This document shows positions 27,601-41,036 of a DNA stretch of 64,000 nt, in pieces. Below the pieces are notes generated by a model that searched no databases, had not been told where the DNA came from, and saw only the letters and a program-made list of their open reading frames with translations. Position 1 is the stretch's first letter; the number at the start of each line of letters is the position of its first letter. Origin of the DNA: Phoronis australis. Lineage: Eukaryota > Animalia > Phoronida. The position numbers and the translations under genes were made by a program. The stretch covers positions 439,846-503,845 of the forward strand of contig NMRA01000004.1 in NCBI GenBank assembly GCA_002633005.1. Direction: 5' to 3'.

Positions 27601-30600
27601 TTTAAACTGAGTTAAAATCTGTAGTTTTATAGACCTGTAGTTGACTAAATACAAAGACTTGACAATAAGTTCCTATTTACAGGTTGTCATAGACTCTCCT
27701 AAATTTATACAAAAACATGTTTCACCATCCTATGGGTATGAGTATTATTAGGAGCCTGTATTTTGTTTTTCATTCTCCGTTACAGTTAGCCAAGACCCAG
27801 TCATCAATAACAGCGATCTCTTCAATGGGTTCTTTCTCAGTGCACAACAGGTAATACAGAAGTTGTAGCTGTCCAACTTCATTCAGAGTATAAATTCTGA
27901 AAGTAATCAATTAATTTTTTGAGAACCTAACAAGTTCAATTTATTGCAGCAACATTTCAAAATGATTTGAAGTTTCTTAAAGGTCATTAAACTTTTTGAT
28001 ACCATTGTCCGTTATCAAAAACTTTGTCATTGTTCTCAGTGTTGGGCAACTTACTTTGAACATTTCCTTGTTATAGGAAACCCAACAAGAGGCTGCAGAG
28101 GATGTGACATTGGATGTTTACCTTATGAATGGACATAAGATATCCACTAATATACTATCTACAGACCAGACAGACGATGTCTTAGAGGTAAAACTTGTTT
28201 GTCAGTGTTACCAGACGATAGGATAAGAGTCGTTTGTGCAGTGAATTGTGAGAAAGTGTAGACTTGTCAGCAACTGATCAACTGCGTGCCATCAATGAGG
28301 CTTGAGTGTCTACTTGTCGATTTTGGAACTTTCTATGGATCACTATTCTCGGATGGACAGGTGGAAATCTGTAAAAAAGTCTATACTCTCTGGTCTTCAT
28401 TTCCATGGCATAGCTTCTTTGCAATATGAATGAGTGGAAATCAAGAAAATGTGTAAGTAGTACGTACCATGCTTTTAAATGAAGAACGATTTCTGTTAAT
28501 TCTTTGTTTAGTTTATCTTTATATAGAATCAAATATTTGTATTTCCAGGCAGTAGCTTCACAGATAGAGCTTGCAGATGACTACGTCTACTATTTTGGGC
28601 TTTTTCTTGTCAAAAAGGAAGAAGGAGGAGAAAACTCTAGTAAGTAAAAACAATCATGTTTTTAATTCACCTTGCTATGTCATGTTTTAAGTTTTCACAA
28701 GTTCTGGGGCCCATTTTATTAAAGGTCATACGAAAGAAAACATTGCAACTAGCACAGATTCGACTGTGCTTCGTGTCCATGCTAAATTACCATGTAACCT
28801 TTTTGGTGGACTGTATACTCTTGAAATTTAAGATTACTGCACAACGCTTAGCTGAACGCCAACTCGCCAAATGCATCTTAGTGAAAATCCCAGGTCGCCA
28901 ATTGAAAACTGAAGTCGAGACTTACCATCCAAAAAAATGTCATGCCCATTTTTTGATAATATAAAGACAGACAATGACTTTCTGAGTTTTGGGGGTCAGG
29001 ACCCAAGGTGAAAATTTGTAGAATTAGCTGCTGTCAGATTGATATACTTATTTCTATACCAGATATTGGTGCACAAATCACCTGTAATTTTCTTCCATTA
29101 TTGTTAAAAATAGCCTTGATTATCAAAATGTCAATAGTCTTTTGGAAATTTCATTTGATAATCAAAGGTAAACTATTTTAGATGGTGAAGTCTGTGTCTC
29201 AGTGATACAATGTTGTTAGCCACTTGCTCAAATTGTTCTGTGGCTAATGTTCCTGATATTGTAACCAGTGTCACAGTTTATGTCCGCAGTATTATTAAAA
29301 TTATCTTCATAAGCGTGTCTGTTCCTCTTGTAGTTGTGCATAATTGGTCTGCAGCCAATGCTCCTAATGTTGTAACCACTGCCACAGATTATATTCATAA
29401 TATATTTATTAAAAATGATCTTCGTAAGCTTGTTTATTTGTTTCATAGTTGTACGTAAGCTGCAGGACTTTGAGTCCCCACACATATCATTGAAAGCTGC
29501 CAACAAGGCTGGAGGTGTTCATAGGATTGTTTTGAGGAAAAGGTAAATTGAAACTTACTGCCATCACTTTTTGACCATTTTGGTATTAACTGTATAGCGG
29601 TTTGTGGTGCTTGAACCTCAGATTAATTCACTGGCGTGTATGTGCAACCAATTTCAGACTAAAATAATAGTCCACTTTCTTCATTTTCCAATGGCTTCTA
29701 ATATTGTTTTTTTTTCAGAAAAAATATAAAAGTCTATTTTTGGTAACACTTCTGCATAAGTGGAAGATATGAAAAACAATTCTTAACAGCGTTTTGGAGA
29801 ATAGTGTATAAAGCATAGAACATGAAAAGCTCATTTAAATTTTAAAAACCATTTCTGAGATACGATCTTACGAAGTTAACCAAATTTGGAAATTTTTCTT
29901 GGCTGTTGCATAACCTTAAGGCCGTTAAGTGTTATTAGTAGACATTTATCATATTTGTACAGTGTCTTGAAATTTTGCTTGTATAGTAAACTTGTGTCAG
30001 TGTAATTTTTTTAGTGACATTTTGGTGGCATCAAGTGGACAAGCTGTGATGTGTCCAGTATATGTAATATGGCGGCAAATCACTTTCTAGTTCTGTTGAA
30101 GATTCTCAACTTTGATATTTGCTAGTATTGTTATTTTATAGTTACTGGGACACTACTTATGACGATGACCTGATGGATGACAGGATTGCAATGAACTTGA
30201 TCTATGTACAGGTATTGTTGTAGTTGTTACAGGATACACAGCAGAGTAAGAAAGAACAGCCTTTTGCTACATGTTGGTATATACTTCCCTTGAAATTCAG
30301 TTATAAGTGTGAAAGCTCTTGGCTTCGTGGCTAGCATAACTGATTAGTTACTTCTTTATCAATAATTAGGCAGTAGTTATTTACGGGGGTGCCGGCGTTT
30401 CAGAACCAATTTGATGCCTGTCATTCAGTGGAGAAAACAGATTGTCAAAACGCTGGACCCCTGTAAGTGATTATTCCCCTAATTATTTAAATTAAAGTAA
30501 AGTTCCAGATAAAAGCTTCCACAGCATATATGTCATGAGTCTCGCATCTCTGGTGGTTTACGAGACGTGAGACATATTTTGATGTTTGGATGCTGTTGGC

Positions 30601-33600
30601 ATAAAAGAATTTTTTCAGGGCTTGGAATTTTCCGCGGAAACGCGGATTTCCGCTTTTTTCAAATGTGCTTTCCGCTTTTTTTATAATATTTCCGCGTAAA
30701 AAATCGGATTTGATATAAAATTTCCGCGGCAAATTCCTTTCTTACCGCGGCGTTGCAGACAACGTTCACCTCGAAAAGCGGAAGTTGCTCTTTATGTTCG
30801 GAGGAACGTAAATTGTCAACATTGCCGGGGCACCTGGGATAGCGTGGTGTGATTTTCAATGGCGTCTCGTGTTATTGTTAAGCGCGGCGACAAATACTAC
30901 CGCTCTGCAGCCAAAAATGTGTGGGTTGGGAGTAGCCGGGCGAGCTAAAAGGACGCAGACGCATGCTACTGATGGTGGTAACGTTTTTTTTTTTTTTTAG
31001 TCCTCCCGATTTTTGTCGGGGAAAGGTTCACATTGGCCAGTTCTAGGCTGGTTATCGGACGATGATTTGGGCCGTAAAAGTTTCAAAGTTTCCGCGTTTT
31101 TTGTCATTGGTCATTCCAAGCCCTGTTTTTTCAAAAACTTGATATTTGGTATGGTGTGTTTGTTTTAGGCTGTGAGTGACCTGGAACGTGGATGGGTAAT
31201 GGCTGATAAAACACAAAGGAAGCAACTGGCATCACTGCAACAAAAGGGCTCAAAGAAAGAGGTATGAGTTTTATCACACTGGCTTCTCCGCAAAATAGGT
31301 AAAAAAGAAGTGTAAATCCCCGCGTGCTATTTTCAGGAAGTCCAATAGAAGGAAAACATTAATTTTTAAATTCCAACTTATGAAATTTCTTTTCAATTTA
31401 TTTAGGGTCTCTGTTCATATGAGCTTTTCTTTACCCTTTCTGTTGAACAGTAGTGGGATTGACCATCTAACATGTATTATTTTCATATTAACTTCTCAAT
31501 TGTATTGTAAATTGTCTGTATTATAGGAAGTCAAAATTTTTTGAGCGTACAACAGTGTTCAGGATTAATAGTTTTCAATAGTACTCACTCGAGCTCTCTG
31601 TATCTTGTCTCATCCTCAGGCAGTCTTGCTTGAACTATAGCTGTCACTTTAATCATTAAATTTTTATGTTGCTTGGCCGTCGGATTTATTGTTACGCTGC
31701 AAATGACCGCCAAAAATACAGAGAGCGCGAACGAACATTGTTGAAAATTATTAATCTTGGATGTTGTTCTGTATTCAACAAATTTTTTCTACGTGAGAGC
31801 TGCAGCCAAATTATACTGGTTGCATGAACTATCAAAGAAAAGTCCGTTAAAATGTGTGACAGACAGTTATTAGAAGTTCACTTGCTTCTCAACATCTGCA
31901 TATTAAACACATGTTTCATGTAGTCTGCCTATCCAGTTGATGTGAGGAATTTTGTGATATTTCAGTTTCTACGTCTGGCATCCACTTTGAAGTATTATGG
32001 TTTCACACAGTTTAAGCCATGCACAACAGACTACCCTGAGGGCAAACGAAGGGTGCTGGTGGGCGCTGGAAATAAGGAGCTCAACTTTAGAATCGAAATA
32101 GAGCCAGTAAGTAATCTGCACTGTTTTTAAGTCCCATTTGCTGCATATTTTTAAAAGGTTTCTATGTGAGCATACTTTTACTGCCTACTTTGCAGATTGC
32201 ATCATTTTCACTTTAGAAGCACATTGACACTTAAGCTCAAGTTGTCATCAGACTCATTACTGCGAGTGGTGTTCATAGAATAGTTACTAGCCTAGTAGTT
32301 TACAAGTAAAATTTCTCTGGATTGAACATTCTGCTTGTCTAAAACATTTCGCAACTGCAATTTTTTTTGTCTTGCATGTCATTTGCATTCGCTTTTTAAA
32401 AGCTGGATTTCTAAATTTTTATGTCCCTCTTGTTTCGAGTCATTCTCGACTCTTAGTAATGTTAACGTGTCATTTAGTTTTTACGCATTGTGGAGCAGTT
32501 CTGATCCATGCTATACGAGATATGAGACTATTTTGATGTATTTTGTGTCAAATGTTGCGTTACTCTGATCCTCATCATGTCATGTCATATCACGCCAGAT
32601 ATATTTAATTCTCAGGATGAAGTTAAAGAAGTAACATTCAAAGTGACCAGAATGAGGTGTTGGAGAATTACAACATCGGCCGTGAGTTCAAACATTATTT
32701 TATGATCAAGGGAATGTTGCAGTATTGTTCACTCTCTCTTACCACAATGTTGCAGTATTGTTCACTTTCTCTTACCACAATGTTGCAGTATTGTTCACTT
32801 TCTCTTACCACAATGTTGCAGTATTGTTCACTTTCTCTTACCACAATGTTGCAGTATTGTTCACTTTCTCTTACCACAATGTTGCAGTATTGTTCATTCT
32901 CTCTTACCACCTTCATGTGTCAGTGGAAAGCCTTGAAAGTTTTTAAAAAGACAACCTGTAAACACCATTTTTGATTCATGTGAATGATTGTGGAGACATT
33001 TTCGACAGCCATCGTAGAACTTCAGAGCAACTCATTTTGACGTCTTAATTGTTCTCATAAAGCATTGTGAGGTAAAAGTGTAGAAACATTTTTGGGCTCC
33101 ACCCCCAATCGCCATCAATCTACTACTCCCTTGCAAAATCCTCACCACCCTTCCTTCAGTCGATCTATTTCCCCTAGAAGTTATCCAATATCCATTTTTT
33201 TCTTTCAAAAGCAGTAGAGTTTTTTGCATCTTCTGTAAGTTTCGTTGTTTTACCTGCAATCCTGGAATAGGCAAGTATAAGGTTTATTGGGCATTTTTTT
33301 CCATGCCGTGATGTGTTTGTTGACAATTTACACTCCTTCTCTCTAGGTTTCTCAGCAGAATGGCTCAAGCTCGGAGACTTCCAAACCTGGCCTGGAACTT
33401 GCATTTGAATATTTAGTTGCCAAAGACTCGTTGAAATGGATAACACTCTACACAGATGAGGTAATAGCTAATGTGGATCTGACGGTTTCTGTTATCTCTC
33501 GGTAAAGACTGCACTGAATGGTTATCTGATTCAGCCTGAGCTGTGTTGCTTCTTACTTCTGAAGTTATCCACTTGACACGTTTTAATGTTGAATGGCATT

Positions 33601-36600
33601 GGTAGAATTATTCATGAATTGTACCGTTGGGCACAATGGTATGATGTCATTGCTGTTACGGTTGAAGCTCATCAATTTAGGACACAAGATGGCGGACAAG
33701 TGCTATTTTATTCTCTCGCATTTTCATAAACGATACGTTACACCAAAATAATGCTCTGTCGTGTTGAAGGTCTGTTCAATAGCAACCAATAGACAATATT
33801 TTGATAAACTGAAGTCATTCAAATTGTGTTAAAAGACAATGAAAAATGAAATTTTGGCAATTATATTTGTGCGAAAGTGAGATTTTACTGTATCCAGCTT
33901 ATAACTTGTTGCAGCCTAGTCTATCTGCTGTATCCCTTTGACTGTTGCTCATCAATGGCGTTGTTCAACAATGGCGTTCTTGTGTATGATGGAGTATTGC
34001 TGTTTATTTCTACTTATAATCTCATTGCCACCTATCATTTATACTAGCGGCCTGTTGTGTAAACATCCTGTGATGCTTAAGATCGACGAGGCTGCATGTG
34101 GTGTTGAAGTGTACCTTTGACAACATGCATAAACCAATCTTATCCATCAGAGAAGAGAAGTTCTATAATGCAGAGTAAGATATTGTCCTAAATGCTTACA
34201 GACACTAACTGCCATCATTTGTCACCACCTCAAAATGGATTGAGGAAATCACCAGTTAAGTAAAGTCACCTGAATATATCAATGTCTATTCTGACATTGC
34301 TTCAGTCATTTGTTATCCGCCTGTTTGAACGACGGCTTTTAAGTATAGCTATTTAATGCATTTTCTCTCTGTTTCAGTCAATACTGATCAGCATGTCACT
34401 TCAAGGAATGGTTGAGGAATTGCTCTTGAAGAGACAAGGAAAGCATGTCAGAAGGGTAAGTCCTAATTCATGTATCCAGTGGGTATGAATTGGAACGTTT
34501 ATGGTAAACTTTCTGTTTAACCACATGCTTCTGTTAGGTTCTACTTCTTGCCTTTGTTGTCAGTAGTCACCATCATATGACTGTCACTAGACTATAATGT
34601 TTTTGTTTTGTCAGTCCTAACAAAGTAATCCTCGTCTACTAAGCTTGCTTTACAGAGTGCGTTTCTGCAAATAAGAGACACACTCTAAAATAATTTGCTT
34701 ATCAAATGGTGCTGTTTAGTACAGCTTGTACACAGAAGTATTATTTTTGTAATAGATACTGTATCTTCTTTTAGCCACAAGACAGGGAAAGAAAAGTGAA
34801 GAGGAACTTCCTGAAGCGAGACGGTACAAGTAATATATCATTTGGCAACACAGACGACGAGCCAACCAGTGCCTCACAGAAGGCTAAAGATTCTGTGAAG
34901 AAATTATCGGTAAGGATTTACACCCTCATAGGTGTGGAATGTGACATTTCTGCCATGTTAAGCATAGTTGTGTGATTGGACTTTGGACCCTAACGTGTGA
35001 CCTCTGAGTTTGAACTTTGTGTTTGCTGGCAGACATGAGTATTGCACTAATTGTCTCTTCATTGCTTTTGCTCAGTCTTGCCTGCAGTGTGGGAAAAGGA
35101 GCCCGGGTGATGTGAATGTGAGGAGGGCCCTTGTGGAAAGTAGTGCTCAGAAGTGGTGATAAAACACCTTGTTAAAAATGTTAGAGGAAAATAATGGTAG
35201 GGATTTGGAATTTATGTAAAAGATGCTTTAAACTTTGAATAATCTTTGGATATGAGGAAGCATCAAGCATCAAAAAGAACGTTCTTCTCTAAAGTGCGAT
35301 GATTGGTTGTGTCTGGGAATTCGCAAAATGCATCAGCTGACTGGCCCCAATCATTTCGTGCTTCTCCATATTTGCAAACTTGCATTCACATGCAACTTTA
35401 ATTTGTTTATCAGCAATTCTCAAATGAAAGATATCCTTGTTTTAAAATTTTAAGTCTTCCAAGTCGCCAAAGCCCACAAGGCAATTCAACTCAAGGTGGC
35501 CTCTGCTCGTTGCTGAGGCATCTTGTAATTTGAGAAATTACAAAGGTGGCACTACAAAGATGGATGCGAAGGGTGTTTAATTCTTTTTGGCCAAATTCTT
35601 TCACCTGTCATTACATTGTTCTTTTCCTTCAACAAAATTCCTTTGACCCCTTCAACTCAAACTACCTTCATTACAGTCCTGTTTTACAAGATAGGTTGAT
35701 TAAGTACCAAAATGGTATTGTAGTATAAATGATATTAAACAACTGATATGCGTGTGTTTCAGTTTGTTGACCTTTACCAGCTAATGGTGACCACTTTTAT
35801 TTTAAGTCCGTTTTTTTAGCATGTACCTCTTTATCTGCCAAACCACTTGAAGGATCATTATGAAACTTACTGTGTGTTCCTTGTGAGAAGACCATGATTG
35901 ACCTTGATTTTGGGATAGGTCTGACAACTGTTTTGCCCCCCTAGTGGTGATTTTGTCTTTTTTATGTGCCCACATTTTTATATGTTGGTGCATGTTGCCG
36001 TTAGCTCTGTCTGGGCATCCGAGCGTCTGGCGTCCGCGACTGTAGCTCATAAACCCCTTGCAGGTTCTTATTGAAATTTTGCAGGTGTGTTCCTATGGGG
36101 TTGGCAACATAGGCCGACGAGTTTCGGACCGTCCCAAATACCGCTGTCCCCCCTAGTGAGAGTTTGCCTCTGTATCTTCATAGGTCCTCAACTGATTTTC
36201 ATGAAATTTGGCACATAGACATCTATTAATGAAGTGGTGCTATCCTCCTGTTTTCTGATGGATTCGAGCCATTTTGCGGCATCTAGTGGCCATTTTTTTC
36301 TATTCACGTCCGCCCTTCTAACAACCGAACCACTCTAAGGATGATTGTGAAAATTGTCATGTATGTTCTTACTATGAAGAAGACAGTTGGCGATGATTTT
36401 CCAACGAGTTTGACTACTGTGGCTCCTCTTAGTGGCAGTTTTGTTTGTTTTTTGCGCCCATGGCTGTATCTCCTAAACGCTCTACAGGCTCTTTATTAAA
36501 TTTAGCAAATGTGTTTGTATGAAGTTGACAACAGATGGCTACTTTCAGACAGATCGGACTACCGGTGTGCCCCCAAGTGGCAATTTTAGTTTTTTACGTT

Positions 36601-39508
36601 TTCCTCTGTATCTTCAAAGGCCCTCAACGAATATCCATAAAATTTGGCAGATAGGCATCTATTAGTGAGGTGACGCTAGCCATTCATTTTCCGATTAATT
36701 CAAGGTATTTTGCACCACCTTGTAGCCATTTTTGTTGTTTTTGAGTATTTTTTTGGCGTCCGTCCCTCTTTCAACCAAGGGCTGTTCCAGCAAAATCTGT
36801 GTGGGAGGGGGGGGAAGGCAACTGAAATAAAAATTTATGGGTGGTTGCGTTTGATTTAAATTCAAAATGGCTGGTGGTCATACTTCAAAAAAATAAAAAT
36901 TTGCAGGTCGTTGTTGTTTCATTGGGCCATAAATGTTTGATGGTGGGTAATTTTAGTAAATTTTATAAACAATCCTCACAGAATCAAAAACTGAAACAAA
37001 AATGCAACTTGCAAAAAGCTCCGACTTTTTCACTCCCTCCGATCTCCTCATCGGCATGCCTATAACACCATTTAACCACAGGTGCTCGAATTTCTCGATG
37101 GCTAATAACCACATATAAGAAACATATGTTTTCTTAGTAATGAATGACGTTAGTGGTGATGGAGGAACAGATAAACTCAAGCGCCTGTGCAGTCAACCAC
37201 AAGAACAAAAAAAATTACGGGTGGTTGCATTTCAAACTTATAAAAAATTACGGGTGGTAGGCTGGAGAAATAAATGAAAAATATGGGTGGTGGGTGCGAA
37301 AAAAAGGTGCCTTCCCCCCCTCCCATACAGATTTTACTGGCACAGCCCTACCAAACCACTTTAAGGATTATTGTGAAAATTGGCATGTGTGTTCTTACTA
37401 GGAAGAGGATGGTTGACGATGATTTTCCGACAATTTCGACAACTGTAGCACCTCCTAGTGGCAGTCATATTTTTTGCACCCATGCCTGTATCTCCTAAGC
37501 CCTCTGCAGGATCGTTATTAAATTTAGCTCTTTTATTCATATGAAGTTAACAGCGGAAGACGAAGACTTTCAGATGGATCCGACGAACACTGTGCAATTC
37601 ATTTTTTTTCGTTTTCCTCTGTTTCTCTTAAGTTCCTTGATGAATTTTTATGAAATTTGGTAAATAGTTTTCTATTAAAGAAATCATGACATTTTTCGGT
37701 TGTCAGACGGATTCAACGTATTTTGCAGCATCTAGTGGCCATTTTTACTGTTTTCTAGTCTGTTTTTGGCGTCCAACCTGTGTCAACCAAACCCACTCTT
37801 AGGATGAGTGTAAAAATTAGCTTATGTTTTTAGTGTGAAGAGGACAGTTGACGATGATTTTTCGACTTCAATTACTGTAGCGCCTCCTAGTAGCAGTTTT
37901 TTTGCACCCTTAGCTGTATCTCCTAAGCCCTCTGTTGTTTTCCTCTGTTTCTCTAATAAAGTTCGTTGACGGATTTTCATGAAATGTGGTAAATAACTTT
38001 CTGTTAAATGTTGACATTTTCCAATTTTTTGATGGATTTTAAGTAGTTTGCACCACCTAGTTGCCATTTTTATGGTACAAATAAACACCCCTAAAAGCAC
38101 CCCGTGTGCAGTCCATTCGTGGGTGCATTTCAATGCTCTGCGTTGCTCATCTTTTCAGCCACAGTCGTTTCCCTTCAGTTCTTTGCAGGAGCTTTTTGAA
38201 ATCTTCCAGGTGTTTTCCTATGAATGTGACAACAGCTGCCCACGGCTTTTGGACGGCTTTGACTACCACTGTACCTCCTAGTGACAATTTTGGTTTTATA
38301 TTTGCCTCTGTATTTTTAAGTTCCTGAATGGTTTTTCATGAAATTTGGCAAACTGTTATGGACAGGACAACATCTTTCTATTTTGGGACTTATTCAATGT
38401 ATTCTGTGCCACATATCGGTCATTTCTATTATTTTTGAGTCTGTTTCTTGACGTCTTCCAAGACTTTCAGGATGCTCATGAAAATATGCAGATGTGTTTG
38501 TACTGACGAGCACGACTGCCGTGGATTAAGATGGGTACTGTTGTGCACTTAGTGACATTTTTTCACTTCTGTGGCTGTATCTCCTAAACCTCTTGCCTAT
38601 GTATCTTTATAGTTTTGTTGATGGATTTTTGTGAAATTTGGCAAAGAGTTTATTTTTAAACAGCTAGGACACCTTTCATTTTCGGACAAGTTTGATGTAT
38701 TCTGCTCAATCTATTGGTCATTTTTGTAATACTCATAAACATCCCAAGAAGCACATTGTTTGCAGTGCATTCATGGGTGCATTTTAGCATTACACATTGC
38801 TCTTGTTGATTTTTTAATAATCTGTCATTAATTGGTTCACATGATTATGTCTTTTTGGAAAAATTTAGATGAACAGAAATGTGCATTGATCACAAAATGC
38901 CAGTATCAATTTCATTTGATACTAATGTTCGAAATGAAATCTCAAATACGCTGTTACAATTGCTAAACTATCATTTCGTTTCATGCAACTTTTGACTTAT
39001 TTCTTGGAAATCATAAAGTCCTATTTTTGATATTCTCTAATGCAAAAGTGAAGCATTTTACATGGCACGCTCCCCCATTCAAATTTCACAGCATTCTTTT
39101 GAAGTAGTATGATCACTCTGATAAGCGATGGTGTGCACAAGTCAATTTGCCTCAGTGTTTCGCTGAAACAGTTTACACAATAGAGGTTGGGACAGTCGAA
39201 AAGGTGCAGGCACTGTGGTAAGTGCCTATTGTAATCCCAAGTGGTAATAAACAACCATAGTTGCTGGTTGAGAAATGTGATGTAGCAGGTAATGAAAAAC
39301 AATTCCCAAGTCTCCAACTTAAAGCATGTTGTAAACTAATATTGAATCTCAGTTGAATCTTCTCTTGGATTTAACTTTGATCTGTGTAACACATTCAGTT
39401 TGCTCTTTGCAGGACAAGCTGTCATCAGTGTCAGTCATGGGTAGTAGTGCTGCATCATTACCAGCTAATGATGCGTTTGATGCTGGAATCACAGATGATG
39501 ACCTCTGA
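24643..39508 (+). CDS. SNX17: Sorting nexin-17 (PX + FERM-like), 15 coding exons, 468 aa
   Basis: Exons: 24643-24702, 26187-26261, 26810-26927, 27786-27850, 28077-28187, 28549-28639, 29449-29542, 30142-30211, 31169-31261, 31966-32106, 32616-32681, 33347-33460, 34378-34455, 34775-34909, 39413-39508. All are GT-AG and phase-compatible (1407 nt). Peptides MHFSIPDT, FPPKKLLSLTP, VRKLQDFESP, YWDTTYDDDL, KVTRMRCWRIT, LELAFEYL and the C-terminus NDAFDAGITDDDL* match SNX17. Confidence 0.97.
26671..26770. repeat. 20-bp minisatellite x5 (cctgatgttatgttaatact), SNX17 intron 2
   Basis: Five tandem copies read directly. Confidence 0.95.
30361..30486. mobile_element. Short hairpin-type MITE in SNX17 intron 8
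   Basis: Imperfect inverted ends aataattagg..ttacgggggt..ggcgttt / aaacgctggacccctgtaa..cctaattatt. Confidence 0.45.
30616..31125. mobile_element. CpG-rich MITE with hAT-like termini in SNX17 intron 8
   Basis: 13-bp TIR cagggcttggaat / attccaagccctg, with a T6 run on each side. A lone copy of the same terminus is at 24862-24877. Confidence 0.7.
31520..31800. mobile_element. Diverged inverted-repeat element in SNX17 intron 9
   Basis: caggattaatagttttcaatag..gagctctctgtat is mirrored by atacagagagcgc..ttgttgaaaattattaatcttgg. Confidence 0.5.
32713..32910. repeat. 33-bp minisatellite x6, SNX17 intron 11
   Basis: Unit aatgttgcagtattgttcactYtctcttaccac; accounts for the repetitive ORFs at 32657-32974. 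Confidence 0.95.
35958..38154 (+). mobile_element. Helentron/DINE-1-like element, copy 3, in SNX17 intron 14; nested in an older copy that ends at 38807
   Basis: Starts ttttttatgtgcccacat and ends cattcgtgggtgcatttcaatgctctgcgttgctcatctttt. More diverged related sequence flanks it (about 35760-35957 and 38155-38807, ending gggtgcattttagcattacacattgctcttgtt). Confidence 0.7.
36778..37349. mobile_element. 572-bp MITE inserted into Helentron-like copy 3
   Basis: TIR of about 40 bp (agggctgttccagcaaaatctgtgtgggagggggggaaggca / tgccttccccccctcccatacagattttactggcacagccct) with a 4-bp target duplication ACCA at 36774-36777 and 37350-37353. Confidence 0.85.
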
Positions 39509-40173
39509 TTGAACTTTGACCTTTGACATTTAACCTATGGCTTATTCGCCTTCACAGACTATATAAACAAGGTTTTAGTGAGTACGTGCAATTTCACATT
39601 TGCTATAAAACATATCCAGTGGTGTTGTAGAACCACACGAGCGCCTTATAATGTTGTTATTTTAGAATATGTTTTACTTACTTTTAAAGCCACAAACAGC
39701 GGTTATAGTGTATAGTCAGAATCTTCTATAATTGTAACCAAGAGAAATCGACAGAGAAGAAACACTCCAGTCCATCGACAGAGTAATTAATCATGAAGAA
39801 TGAGACTGTTAATTCGCTGTTTTTCGTACTATAAGTGAATTTTAAGGCTACTGTTGTATGTTGCTGTTAAAGTTTTATAAAGTCGTGAAGGATAAGGGTT
39901 TGAAGTTATTTTTGTGTTTCTGATATTATACGGTCTATGGTTTAGACTTGTGAATTGAACATAATTCTCGTTTTATTATTACTCTGACGAATATCATTGC
40001 TTTGCGAACTATTACAACTTTTGAATAGATTTAAGTTTTTATTTATTCATGAAAGTGTAAAACTTACAATAGTTATGTACTTTCCTTGATAAAATTTGTG
40101 TAAGACGTTATCAGAAGTTGTATGTTATAAGGAATGCGTTCTTGTTATGAGAATCCGTTTTTTAAATGCTGTT

Positions 40174-40273
40174 AATAAAGAATAAGGAAGTAAGGCTGCC
40201 CTAATACAGGGTGTCACTAAAATTGAGAAATCTTGCAGAGGCAAGGCTAACTACAAAATGTGGATTCAATAAA
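40174..40273 (+). terminator. Candidate SNX17 polyadenylation signals
   Basis: AATAAA at 40174-40179 and 40268-40273, followed by T/GT-rich sequence. Confidence 0.4.
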
Positions 40274-40982
40274 GAAATAGTTATTTTGATTTTATATCCT
40301 GTTGTACACTGTACCTTAATAATTGTGGTTGTAAGATTCAGTGGAAGCTGTTAACAATGGAATGTATTGTAATTATCCTGTCCTGTGTTGGAAAATTGTG
40401 TTACATAAGCAATATATCCATTACTCTCTTGTTTAGTTCCACGTTTGGTTCAGTTAGTTGAGTGAGGTCGCTTCTTAATATACTTATCCAGGCATGTTTC
40501 AGTTGCTGATATTGGGTCAATAGCACTCTTCAAAAGGCATTGTTACCAGTCTACTGCTCAATTTCTTCAATCACTTGTGCTGCATCATTTATTTTCCATC
40601 ATCTCTGCTAATTTGGTCATCAAATTTGTAGTATTCTTGTGTATTCTGGGTAACCCGTCCCGCTCTTCAATGAAGTGTCCGTGTGTTTGAGTATTCTTTT
40701 GTCATTAACACGATTCTTTCCTCTTTTACTGAAAATTGCTTTTTTCGTGAACTCTGGATTTTTCAGGTTACCGGTTTATAGTCATTTGGTAGTTTTGTTA
40801 CCTAACGGATCTCGGCTGCTCGTGCCTTTTCTGTCAAAGGGTTAATAGAGCTCTTGTTCATTTGAGAATAGATGTGTTGGTAAAAAATAATTGCATTGCA
40901 TGGCAAAGGTGCTCAAGTCATTAGAACTCTGCTGTGCATGTGAGCCTTCGGTGATTGTACCAAATACAAAATAGTCTCAGTT

Positions 40983-41036
40983 CCCTAACCCCAACCCCAA
41001 CCCTGGCCCCAACCATTACCCCAACCCTAACCCTAA
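40983..41036. repeat. Short degenerate (CCCTAA)n-like tract
   Basis: ccctaaccccaaccccaaccctggccccaaccattaccccaaccctaaccctaac. Confidence 0.6.

Noticed and set aside
32657-32974. ORFs with 11-aa repeats (MLQYCSLSLTT)
   Set aside because: Product of the 33-bp intronic minisatellite; the SNX17 exon ends at 32681.
33685-33700. YY1-like caagatggcggac motif in SNX17 intron 12
   Set aside because: Isolated motif with no associated exon or CpG island.
40983-41036. Telomere or chromosome-fusion scar
   Set aside because: Too short and degenerate, and in one orientation only.
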